From Escherichia phage vB_EcoP_SU10, in sequence record NC_027395.1: a stretch of DNA of 64,000 bases; one strand, written 5' to 3'. Shown piece by piece: positions 19,088 through 28,600 of the stretch (positions are counted from its first letter, which is position 1; each line of letters begins with the position of its first letter). The notes under the pieces are model-generated. The model searched no databases, was not told the origin of the DNA, and saw nothing but the letters and a program-made list of their open reading frames with translations. A program made the translations under genes and the position numbers.

Positions 19088-20056
19088 ATGGGTGCAGGTG
19101 GTTTTCGTAAGAATACTGGTCGCAACAACACCACACTCCCGTACAACGTTGGGTTTCTCAATAATGTACAGGACACAGAAACATATAACGTAGCCGTGTA
19201 TGATGAATTACAAAAAGTTAGCACAGCTACTAACCAAATGTTCCAAGCTATAGATGAAATTCACGAAGAGATTGATGTTCGTATTAAAGCTCTTAATGCA
19301 ATGAATCTACAATTTGATGAGCTTGAGAATAGAATTACTACAGAGATAGAAACAGCTATTGCAGATATCCAAACCCAGATGGGGAACCTGTCCACTGAGG
19401 ACATTTGGGATAACTCTGTTCAACCTCCTGTAAAACTAGAAAGCACTGTATCTGGTTTTAAGACTAGCATCGAAGGCAACACAACTAAGATTCAGACAGT
19501 AGAAGGTATTGTTAATGATCAAGGTCAAGAGATTGCTCTTGTTCAGACAGAACTACAAAATATCAACGGAAGCCTCTCTCAGTATATGAAACTCTCTGAG
19601 TATGAAGCTACGTGGGGTGTTAACTCTACAGTCAACGGAAGGTATGCTGGGGTCAAGTTAACTAACAATGGAACAAACAGTCAATTCCAAGTAACAGCTA
19701 ACAAGTTTATTGTTGGTGATGGCAGCTCTGGTAACACACCTTTTGTGTTTGAGGGTGGTAGGGCTAGGATGGAATTCGCTGACATAAAGAACGTCAATAT
19801 CACAACAGCTCAGATTGCTAACGCTAGAATCCAATGGGCACAGATCGATAACGTATCCATCTCCAATGCTCAGATTCAGAACTTGTCAGCGGATAAGATT
19901 ACTGCTGGCTCTATGTGGGGTTCTAACTGGAGACTTACTGTTGGTGGGGACTTTGTTATGGGTGGCACAGGTGGGGCACAATTGTGGATGAATGGTAACA
20001 GAATAGACTTCTACGATGGAAGCGGTGCTCTGAGAATCAGGATAGGGAGTTGGTAA
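19088..20056 (+). CDS. tail or fibre-associated structural protein (322 aa)
   Basis: ATG at 19088 with a GGAGGAAC SD (ORF-track start 19022 rejected). Coiled-coil N-terminus and repeats NITTAQIANARIQWAQIDNVSISNAQIQNLSADKITAGS. Confidence 0.6.
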   Translation: MGAGGFRKNTGRNNTTLPYNVGFLNNVQDTETYNVAVYDELQKVSTATNQMFQAIDEIHEEIDVRIKALNAMNLQFDELENRITTEIETAIADIQTQMGNLSTEDIWDNSVQPPVKLESTVSGFKTSIEGNTTKIQTVEGIVNDQGQEIALVQTELQNINGSLSQYMKLSEYEATWGVNSTVNGRYAGVKLTNNGTNSQFQVTANKFIVGDGSSGNTPFVFEGGRARMEFADIKNVNITTAQIANARIQWAQIDNVSISNAQIQNLSADKITAGSMWGSNWRLTVGGDFVMGGTGGAQLWMNGNRIDFYDGSGALRIRIGSW

Positions 20057-20057
20057 T

Positions 20058-21089
20058 ATGGCATACGGAATATGGACACAACCAGTAGGGCCGGGGCCAG
20101 CAATCCCCGCTCCCTTATTTATTGATAGCGGAAGCACTTTCCCTCAGTTCAAGAATAGTATAAGAGGGAGTTTTAACTTTAATGGGGCTGGGAGATCTTT
20201 CCCTATTAGTGGATGGGATGGCAGTGGTCAGATAGTTATTGTTCCTACCGGTTCTTTATGCTGGCAATGGGAAGTCCCTCCTAACCTAGTTCCTGATGTT
20301 TATTGTGTGAATAATATCTACGTAGAAAACAGTTCCTCTTTTAGAGTTACTCTGAATCAGAACCCCGGCAGGAACCCCTTATTTGACTGTGGGTTCAACG
20401 TATATCAAATATGGCCTAGAGCGGATAGGAATTACGGAATTACCTTTTCTAATACAGCAGACTACTTCTCGATATCTGATAGTGGGGTCGTCGGTCAATG
20501 TATTTGGGCTTGGCAGGGGACCATAAACAATGCCCTTCAGATACCAAATATCGGTGGGTTCAATATGACCAATGCTGTTGTGTTTGCTAATTGGTCTGAT
20601 GGAGGGATAGGACTATCTTATACCTCTGATGACAGGGTTATTCGTGTTTATCAGAACAGACCTTACATAAACGGCAACACTAACGAGGGTGGTTCTGTGT
20701 TTGCTAGAGTTGCAGTATTCTGCAATGGAGCAGGAGTTCCGGAACATAATGGAGGTTTGAATATTTATTCTCCGGGTACCACGCAATGTGTCTTCTCTAC
20801 TAACAGAACACCTTTCACTGTGGATACTTTTATAGGCTCAGGAGGTGGTAACACTGGAATGACATACCCTATGATACCTCTTACCTCTGGAATAGGTGCG
20901 ATAAAAGGCCGAGGCAGTGGATGGAGATATCAGCAAATGAGATCTCACACCATGAGTGGTTCTACGATAGGAACGGGCTATGGAAGGTATTTATTTCAGT
21001 GGAATCAGAATTACGACCTAGGAGCTGATACTGTAGTTAATTTATCAGTTCCTGTAATAAATGCAGCTAAGGTTTTTGCTGGACTATAA
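20058..21089 (+). CDS. hypothetical virion protein (343 aa)
   Basis: ORF track, tightly packed within the structural operon. Confidence 0.55.
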   Translation: MAYGIWTQPVGPGPAIPAPLFIDSGSTFPQFKNSIRGSFNFNGAGRSFPISGWDGSGQIVIVPTGSLCWQWEVPPNLVPDVYCVNNIYVENSSSFRVTLNQNPGRNPLFDCGFNVYQIWPRADRNYGITFSNTADYFSISDSGVVGQCIWAWQGTINNALQIPNIGGFNMTNAVVFANWSDGGIGLSYTSDDRVIRVYQNRPYINGNTNEGGSVFARVAVFCNGAGVPEHNGGLNIYSPGTTQCVFSTNRTPFTVDTFIGSGGGNTGMTYPMIPLTSGIGAIKGRGSGWRYQQMRSHTMSGSTIGTGYGRYLFQWNQNYDLGADTVVNLSVPVINAAKVFAGL

Positions 21090-21101
21090 CAAGGAGATAT
21101 T

Positions 21102-21884
21102 ATGGCAATTAATATGGGTATTGAAGAACTAGACCCAATGGTTCAACAGGCTTCAAAGAAGTATGGGATTCCTGCTGCTTTGATTCATGCTGTAATCCAA
21201 AGAGAGTCTAGTGGTCGTCCTACAGTAGCCTCTGGAACTGGTCCTGTAGGTTTAATGCAGATCAGTAAAGGGTTGGCTAAAGACTACGGTTACAAACTAG
21301 AAGACAGACTTGACCCAGCAAAGAATATTGATATGGGTGCTCGTTATATTCGAGATAACTTAAAGGCTTTTAATGGTGATGTTAAGAAAGCAATGGTTGG
21401 TTATTCAGAAGGTATTGGTGGAGCTAAGCAAATGTTCGCTGGTAAAAAGGGATTTACACCTCAAGCCCTTGACTCAATGAACAACAAACACTTTCTTCCT
21501 TTCTATGGTGATGCAGCTTCTCAGATTGCTAACCCTGTTGGAGCTTTGCAAGCTGTTCAACCAGTCAACCAGTTTAGTTCTGACTTACTAGACAGAGAGA
21601 AAGCCGCACAAGCTCCAACTCAGGCAGAGATTGCTGCTTCTAAGACAGGTGCTTTAGGCGGAAATCCAGTAGAGTTTTACTCTGATGAAGTGCAGGAAGG
21701 CGAAAACCAGAAACCTCAACAGAACTTTGGTAATGCAGTATTAGGGGTAGCTGCTATGCTTGCTGGTAAACCTCCCACTTCTCAAACAGTTCAGAGGGCA
21801 AGTGCACCACATGCAGCAGGTTCTCAGTACAGTCCACAAACACAAGCAGTGCTCAGACGTTTGGCTAGCATTGGTGTAAAGTAA
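21102..21884 (+). CDS. virion-associated lytic transglycosylase (SLT domain), 260 aa
   Basis: AVIQRESSGRP...GLMQIS matches the SLT catalytic Glu and GLMQ motif. Confidence 0.8.
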   Translation: MAINMGIEELDPMVQQASKKYGIPAALIHAVIQRESSGRPTVASGTGPVGLMQISKGLAKDYGYKLEDRLDPAKNIDMGARYIRDNLKAFNGDVKKAMVGYSEGIGGAKQMFAGKKGFTPQALDSMNNKHFLPFYGDAASQIANPVGALQAVQPVNQFSSDLLDREKAAQAPTQAEIAASKTGALGGNPVEFYSDEVQEGENQKPQQNFGNAVLGVAAMLAGKPPTSQTVQRASAPHAAGSQYSPQTQAVLRRLASIGVK

Positions 21885-21903
21885 TAATCTTTAAGGAGGA
21901 CTT

Positions 21904-22956
21904 ATGTCTTTATTTGGAAAATCAGCTTCTAGCAAAACCACAGTGGCCCCTTCCTCTCAGGTTGATGCCCTGCTGAAGCAGATTGTTGCTAATGCTCAGA
22001 ATATGCAGAACAACGATCCGGGATTCATCTCCCAACAGCTGGCTGGGTTTAATGGCAACCAACAAGGTGCTCTGAACAACTTAGCAGCTTCTACTACTCA
22101 GAAGAAACTAGATGATATGTATACACCACGTACACAGCAAGGGTTGGACCAATTAAACGCTCTTGCCCAGCAGTATCAGAATATTGTTAATGGTGGTGGA
22201 GTAACAGCTGAAGGGGTTAATAACTTTAGTAAAGGTTTGAATAACTCAGCCCTTGCACAAGCTACTATCAAAGCAGCTTCTAACATCTCTCTTGGCAATG
22301 GTTCTGACTCTGGCTCTCTCCGTAGGGCTGCGGCTCAAGGGGCTGCTTTGAATGGCGCTAACACTAACCTGTCTCGTACTATCAGTGGTAAGAATATGGG
22401 TGTAAGTGCTCTGCAACAAGATCAGAACTTCCAGAGAGGGTTGCTTGGTGCTCAGTCTGGTTTAGCTGGACAGAACCTCAATCTTGGTGCTCAAGGCGTT
22501 CAGGCAACTCAACAAGCTATTCAGAATCAGCTGATGGCTGGTAATCTGCAACAGCAACAAGCTCAAGCTCAAGCTGATATTAATTGGCAGAACGCTATTG
22601 GCTCTCAGCAGTATGGGTGGAATCAGCTTAACAACCAACTTAATGTATTAAATAGTGTAAGCCCAATGGCTGGGTATACAATTAAGAATGCTGCTCCGGG
22701 GGTTAATACTGGACAACAGCTCCTAGGTGCTGGTATCACTGGTTTAGGTATTGCAGGTCGTATGGGTGCTTTCTCTCCTAACCAACAGACTCAGAATGCT
22801 TGGAGTTCCTATAACAACTCAGGTGGGCAATCTGGAATGGCTGGTCCTATGATTGGAGGTTCTAATCTTTCTCAACAGAGAGGTCAGTCTAACTGGTTAT
22901 CCACAGCAGGTAGTAATATCTTAGGTGGTGTCTTAGGGGCATTTGGAGCAAACTAA
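21904..22956 (+). CDS. Q/N/G-rich internal virion protein, paralogue A (350 aa)
   Basis: Shares MSLFGKSASSKTT and GFNGNQQGALNNLAAS with the next gene. Glycine-rich C-terminus. Confidence 0.6.
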   Translation: MSLFGKSASSKTTVAPSSQVDALLKQIVANAQNMQNNDPGFISQQLAGFNGNQQGALNNLAASTTQKKLDDMYTPRTQQGLDQLNALAQQYQNIVNGGGVTAEGVNNFSKGLNNSALAQATIKAASNISLGNGSDSGSLRRAAAQGAALNGANTNLSRTISGKNMGVSALQQDQNFQRGLLGAQSGLAGQNLNLGAQGVQATQQAIQNQLMAGNLQQQQAQAQADINWQNAIGSQQYGWNQLNNQLNVLNSVSPMAGYTIKNAAPGVNTGQQLLGAGITGLGIAGRMGAFSPNQQTQNAWSSYNNSGGQSGMAGPMIGGSNLSQQRGQSNWLSTAGSNILGGVLGAFGAN

Positions 22957-22968
22957 AGGAGATTTGAT

Positions 22969-23937
22969 ATGGGACTTTTCGGAGGCGGGGGTAGTAAAAC
23001 TACTTCCCAAATGATTCGCCCTGAATACATTCAACAGTATATTGACCAGCTTAACCAACAGATTGGTAATACTAGTTCAGGAGATTATGTCTATCGTGAC
23101 AATGTAGGGTTTAATAATAATCAGACAGAGGCACTTAATAACCTAGCACAATCTGGCGCTTTGGGCACTCTCTCACAGCAATACATGGATGCAGCAGGTC
23201 AAGGGTTAGGGTATCTGGATAATGCCTATAAAGGCTATCAGAGCCTTTCTGGACAAGGTGGGATTACTGGAGAACAGATTGGTGCTCTCGCTGGTCAACT
23301 GTATGATGATGACGCTGTGCAAGCAGCCATTACAGCTAATAATGAACAGGTTCAACAGAACTTGGCACGTAATGCTCTTCCTCAGTTAGCTCAACAGTTT
23401 GCTGGTCAACAAGGTTCAGGTGCTCGTATGGCTAAGTCTTTTGCCCAAGGCGATGCTCTGAATCAGATGCAGGGCCAAGCAACAGATATCACCAATAGTG
23501 CCTATAACTCGGCTATTAGCCAAGCTGAAAGCATCCTCTCTGGTAATAGACAGAATCAGGCAGCTGCTCTCTCTGGTCTTTCTAATATTGGTTCTAACCT
23601 TTCTAACCTAGGTCAGCAGGGTGCTAATTTGTCTCAACAGCAAATAATGAATCAATGGAATGCAGGGTTGCAGCAACAACAGCAACAACAGAATGAATAT
23701 GATAATGCCTACCAGAATGCTCAGAACGCAGCTAATTGGGGATGGCAAGATATCAATAACCAACTCGGTGCAGCAGGTGTACTTAACGGTGCTCTCGGAC
23801 AAACTACAACTACTAAAACATCTGGTGGCAAAGGTGGTTTCCTTGGTGGAGCTATGAGTGGTGCAGCAGCTGGCTCTTCCTTTGGACCTTGGGGTGCATT
23901 AGCTGGGGGTGTAATCGGTGGGTTGGCTAGTACTTAA
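22969..23937 (+). CDS. Q/N/G-rich internal virion protein, paralogue B (322 aa)
   Basis: MGLFGGGGSKTTSQ and GFNNNQTEALNNLAQSG. QQQQQQQ tract. Glycine-zipper C-terminus GGFLGGAMSGAAAGSSFGPWGALAGGVIGGLAST. Confidence 0.6.
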   Translation: MGLFGGGGSKTTSQMIRPEYIQQYIDQLNQQIGNTSSGDYVYRDNVGFNNNQTEALNNLAQSGALGTLSQQYMDAAGQGLGYLDNAYKGYQSLSGQGGITGEQIGALAGQLYDDDAVQAAITANNEQVQQNLARNALPQLAQQFAGQQGSGARMAKSFAQGDALNQMQGQATDITNSAYNSAISQAESILSGNRQNQAAALSGLSNIGSNLSNLGQQGANLSQQQIMNQWNAGLQQQQQQQNEYDNAYQNAQNAANWGWQDINNQLGAAGVLNGALGQTTTTKTSGGKGGFLGGAMSGAAAGSSFGPWGALAGGVIGGLAST

Positions 23938-23950
23938 TTAGGAGATAAAT

Positions 23951-25606
23951 ATGCAACAGACAACTTACGCTCAGGTCAGAAGTCGTGACCCGAGAAATAC
24001 TTTCTATGGTGTTAATCCGGGAGCGGCTTCGGCCTCTCCTTATATGGCTAGACCAACTCAGACAGCAGATATTTCTATGTATCAACGTCCTGCTGTACCT
24101 TCATCTCTTGCGGGTCTTGTCTCTCAGGCAGAAGAAGATCAGAATGCTATGATTAATCCGGGATTCCAGCAACGTCTTATGGAACAGCAGAATCAAGGAA
24201 CTCCTACCAGTCTTCAGGGTATTGATATTGGAGCACCGGCCCCTGTATCAGCTAATCCTAACCTATCCACTGATCAAGGTTTACAGGATGCTGGGCTTAT
24301 GCCTAGTGACCCTCTTCCGGTAACACCTCCTCCTAAACCACTAGAAGCTGGTCCTATGGAGTTTACTCCTTCTCAGGTGGAACAGGCACAAGGTGTGATT
24401 AATACTCTTGCTCAAGGACAAGACGCTGGTGATGGAATGACTGCTGCTACTCGTGCTAAAGATCAGGAACGCGTCAACAACGATATCTTGCAAGTTGCGA
24501 AAGCTAAAGACCCTTCGGAAGCTTGGAACAAACTACAGAAAGAACCATTCTATCAGAACTCTAGTTTCTACACAGGTTTGATGGGTGTAGGTCTTTCCAT
24601 TATGTCAGGTAAGTCTCCTATTGAAGCTTTCCAGATTGGTCAGGGAATGGCTAATCAAGATGAGACTAAGAAGCAACTGGAAGCTAACCGTGATGCTCTG
24701 ATTGAACAAGGCTTCTCTCAAGACTCGATCGCAGCTGCTATTGCTAACGGAGACCCATCTCTTCTGAAGATGAAAGCTGTAGACCCTGCTCAGAAAGAAG
24801 CTCTGTATGCTGCTCGTGAAGAACGTCAGAATGCTGAATGGGATAGACGTCAACAGATTCAAGAGCAGGCTATGCGTGAACGTGCCGAGGAAACTCGTCG
24901 TGCTGCTGAAAAAAGAACTGATATGAACTTTGAACGTCAGAAAGAGTTGATTGGCTATCGTGATAAAATTAAGGCTGAACGTGCTGAACAAGTTGCTCAA
25001 AGTTTCAACTTCCCCACGAAAGAAATTCGTAACGCTCAGAATACAGCTGAAGGTACTATCGCTAAGCAGTGGGCAGAGAAAGGTGGCCTGTTTAATCAGT
25101 CTAATAAAGACTTGGACTTGGCTGATAAAGCTGTTAAGGACAAAGACTATCAGACGGCCCGTTCTGCTTACATGCAGGCTATCATGAACTCCGCAAGGGC
25201 TGAAATTGGTTCTACTCGTTCTCTCACTGAAGAAGATTTGGGGCATTTTGCAGAAGACCCATCAATCATTATCCGTGTAGGTAACAAGTTTGCTCTGAAG
25301 TCTGGATGGCGTCCTACTGATGCTGCTCTTGCTTATGCTCGTAAACAGGCTAACGTCGGTCACACCTCTGCTATGAAAGGTGTTGCTGATGCTAAGAGAG
25401 ATACTATCAACGCTTATATTGGTTCTGGTATGGATAAGAAGAGAGCTACTGCATTGGTTAACCGTGCAATTCCTTCTGGTGGTTTCTATGACCCTCTTGG
25501 TGCTTTCTCTGAAGAAGCAGAGGAGGCAGTTGGTGGTGCAGCAACTAATCCTAAACTGAACGGTGCTTTATCGGCTGTCGAAGACACTAGCTGGTTCACG
25601 CAATAA
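23951..25606 (+). CDS. hypothetical internal virion protein (551 aa)
   Basis: ORF track, within the structural operon. Confidence 0.6.
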   Translation: MQQTTYAQVRSRDPRNTFYGVNPGAASASPYMARPTQTADISMYQRPAVPSSLAGLVSQAEEDQNAMINPGFQQRLMEQQNQGTPTSLQGIDIGAPAPVSANPNLSTDQGLQDAGLMPSDPLPVTPPPKPLEAGPMEFTPSQVEQAQGVINTLAQGQDAGDGMTAATRAKDQERVNNDILQVAKAKDPSEAWNKLQKEPFYQNSSFYTGLMGVGLSIMSGKSPIEAFQIGQGMANQDETKKQLEANRDALIEQGFSQDSIAAAIANGDPSLLKMKAVDPAQKEALYAAREERQNAEWDRRQQIQEQAMRERAEETRRAAEKRTDMNFERQKELIGYRDKIKAERAEQVAQSFNFPTKEIRNAQNTAEGTIAKQWAEKGGLFNQSNKDLDLADKAVKDKDYQTARSAYMQAIMNSARAEIGSTRSLTEEDLGHFAEDPSIIIRVGNKFALKSGWRPTDAALAYARKQANVGHTSAMKGVADAKRDTINAYIGSGMDKKRATALVNRAIPSGGFYDPLGAFSEEAEEAVGGAATNPKLNGALSAVEDTSWFTQ

Positions 25607-25626
25607 GACCTAAGTCCTGCCTTCTA

Positions 25627-25635
25627 TAATGTATA
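25627..25635 (+). promoter_or_regulatory. TAATGTATA motif upstream of the 1473-aa gene
   Basis: Exact 9-mer, intergenic, 38 nt before the ATG at 25674. Confidence 0.5.
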
Positions 25636-25673
25636 TAGGGGGTAGGACATTTTTATTTATAAAAGGAGACGTT

Positions 25674-28600
25674 ATGGCTAACATTAAACCGTGGGAAGAA
25701 GCTTCCAAAGCTCCTGCGTATCTGAATGCCTCTCCGGAGCAACAAGCTCAAATGAGAGAACAATATAAGGCAGCAGGTGGCTCTATTCCTGAGGAACAAC
25801 CAGTAGCACAACCACAACAAGAAGAACGTGGTGCTATAGGCGAGTTTGCTCAAGGTGTGTCAAATGCTCTTCAATCTGGTGGTGCAAATATTGCAGCTAG
25901 TGCTGCTAAAGGTATTGGTGGTTTAGTTGAGATTGGTGAGAATCTAGCTGGAGCACAGACTAGTTATGGTAAGCGTATCCAAGAGAACTCTCAGAACCTT
26001 CTGAAAGAACGTATGGATAAGATTGAGGATGGGATTGGCAAAACTGTTGGTCAGTATGCTGGCGTTGCTGGTGATATTGGTATGACTGTTGCTAACCCAT
26101 TGGCTGCTGCTGCTATCATCGCAGGTCGTGAGACGGGTCGTGCATATGCAGACCAAACCCCTGAAGAGGGAGAAGATAAGTCTATTCTAGATGCAGCCTT
26201 AGTTGGTGGTGCTAACTATGCGGCCCAGAGAATCCTTCCGGGTGCTGTCGGCACAGCTGAGTCCACACTTGGACGTATTGGTCAGAACGTTGCCAGTAAC
26301 GCAGTGGCTGGTGCTAAAGGTGGTGCTCTTGTTGGTGCTGCTGAAGTTCAGAACAAGTATGGGGATGACAATGATCTAGCTAAGACATTGGAAGGTGTTA
26401 TCGAAGAGGGGGCTATGGGTGCTGCATTTGGTGGTGCAGTTGGTGGGGTTCATGGTTTGATTAGCCGTCCGGATTCTGTTGTTTTCAAGAATACTCCAGA
26501 GTATGCGAAGACTGATATTGCTGCTGATGACGAACTGATTCGTAGTGCTAAGAATGTTGATGAACTGAAAGAGGCTTACTCTAAAGCTGAAACTGCTAAC
26601 GCTGCTTCTGCTCTGAACCTCCTCGATGAGAATGGGTTCCGTATTACAGATGCTGTTGCTGTAGATTCTCCTGCTGCTCAGCGTATTCTTAACACTGACC
26701 AAGCTCGTGCTGAGAAAGCTGCTTCTGTTCAGAAAGAACACTCCAACATTCCGGGCCTTAATCCTTTAGCTTCTCCTGCTAAGACTCGTGGTAAAGCTTT
26801 CGCTGATAACGAGCACAACCAGAAACAGGCTGTTGCTATGAAGGATGCGATGGCTGACTATACCAAGGATAACACTAAAGCTCTTACAGATGTTTTAGAT
26901 AACCTAGACCGTGAATTAACCTCTCTCCGAGCTTCTGGTGATTTTACTGGTAGTCCGATTGATATTAAGAATCGCACACAAGCTGACCGTGACTTCATTG
27001 ATGCTTACAAGACTTTCTACAATGAAGCAAATCGATTCAAAGCTCGTGAAGGTGAAGACTTCAATAACTTTGTAGAGAAAGCTGCTGAACTACAGAAGAT
27101 GGCTGATAATGTTTCTCCAGAGATGAAGAAAGCTATTGGCGGGTTGAAGAAACTGAAGGGTATGCCTGAAGGTTTTAATCCTATCCAAGATGCTTACACT
27201 CTGAACAATACAGCTAAATTTATGAGTAACCAAGATCGCGGTTGGACTTCCCTGACTGATGATGGTTTCCGTGAAGCTTCTTCTCCTAGCCTGGTAATGA
27301 ACACTCTCGGTGCTGCTAAGTATGCTCTGAATCGCTTCTCTTCTCAGCGTGCTCGTTCTCAACGTGTTAAGCAACAAGAGTCTAACAGTGAAGCTATCCG
27401 CTCTCTGGCTCGTGGTGATTTGGAAGTTGCTCGTGCTAAATCTACTGCTAATGAAGCTCGTGCTAAGATGGAAGAAGAACCAGCTGTTGATGACATTAAA
27501 TTTAAGACGCAAAATGATGTAGAAACCGAACCGGTTCGGGAGCCTTCTTCTAGTACTGTGACGGAAGAAAATCTTCCTTCTTCTGCTCCTCAAGAAACCC
27601 CTCTTACAGCTCGTGATTTAGTTGCGCAAAGACGTGCTATCCGTCAGGCTGAACAGCGTCGCGCTGAAGAAGAGGCAGCTGCTGCTCAAGAAGTTCCGGT
27701 TGAACAAGCTCCACAGGCTGAACCTCTCCCTGCTCGTAATCCTTTAGAGGAACGTCGTGCAATGGAACAGCAACGTGCTCAAGAAGAGGCCTCACAAGCT
27801 CCAGAACCAACCGTAGAGGAACCAACGGTCAAAGCTGAGCCATTACCTGCCCGTGCTCCTAAAGCTCCTAAGGAAGCTGTACAGGACGTTAAACCGGCAA
27901 GTGGTGTAGAACGTTTAGCTGCTATGTCTAGTGCTGCTCGTCAGGCTACTAAAGATCGTGCAGAACGCTTTGCTCGTTCTCTGTATTCTAAGGCTGCTAA
28001 GGCTAAAGCTACTGCTGAAAACTTCTTGGCTTATAAGGGCGATCCTAAGGAATTGATGCGTCGTATTCGTCAGGAAGATAATGCTATCAACACTGAACGT
28101 CATGAAGAAATGGCTCGTAACCAGCTGGCTTCTCAGCAAGGTATTGCTACTGCTAAGAACAACACTGTACGAACTAGTTTTGCTGAATGGGTTAAGGAAC
28201 GTGGTCTGCCAGAAGACATTGCTACTAAGGCATTACGTGCTGAAGAGAAAGGTTTAGGTGGGAACGTAACTAACTTGGATAGTCTGAAACGTCGTGCTGA
28301 AAGGTTGTATCAGAAGCAGCGTGAGGATGAGTTTGATAGATTATATCAACAAGCTCTAGAAGAGAACAAAGCTTTCGATAAGAAGGATGCTCCTAAACTG
28401 GTTGACCAGAAGAAAGAGCTTCAGTCTGAGATTGATGCTTTGATTGATTCAGAACCTTTACGTCCTGCTCAGAAAGATGCTATGCGTAAGCTGATGAATG
28501 ATTTTGTAGATGGGAAGTTTAAATCTTCAGAGAAGGCTGGTAGGGAAGAGGCTTTGGAAGTTGGTCAGATGAAGGATATTTGGGATGGGTTTATTAACAC

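Noticed and set aside
25601-25660. Possible terminator hairpin GTCCTGCC...GGTAGGAC around the TAATGTATA copy at 25627.
   Set aside because: The loop is about 20 nt, the stem includes a G-U pair, and the promoter motif lies inside the loop. The evidence is too weak to call a terminator.
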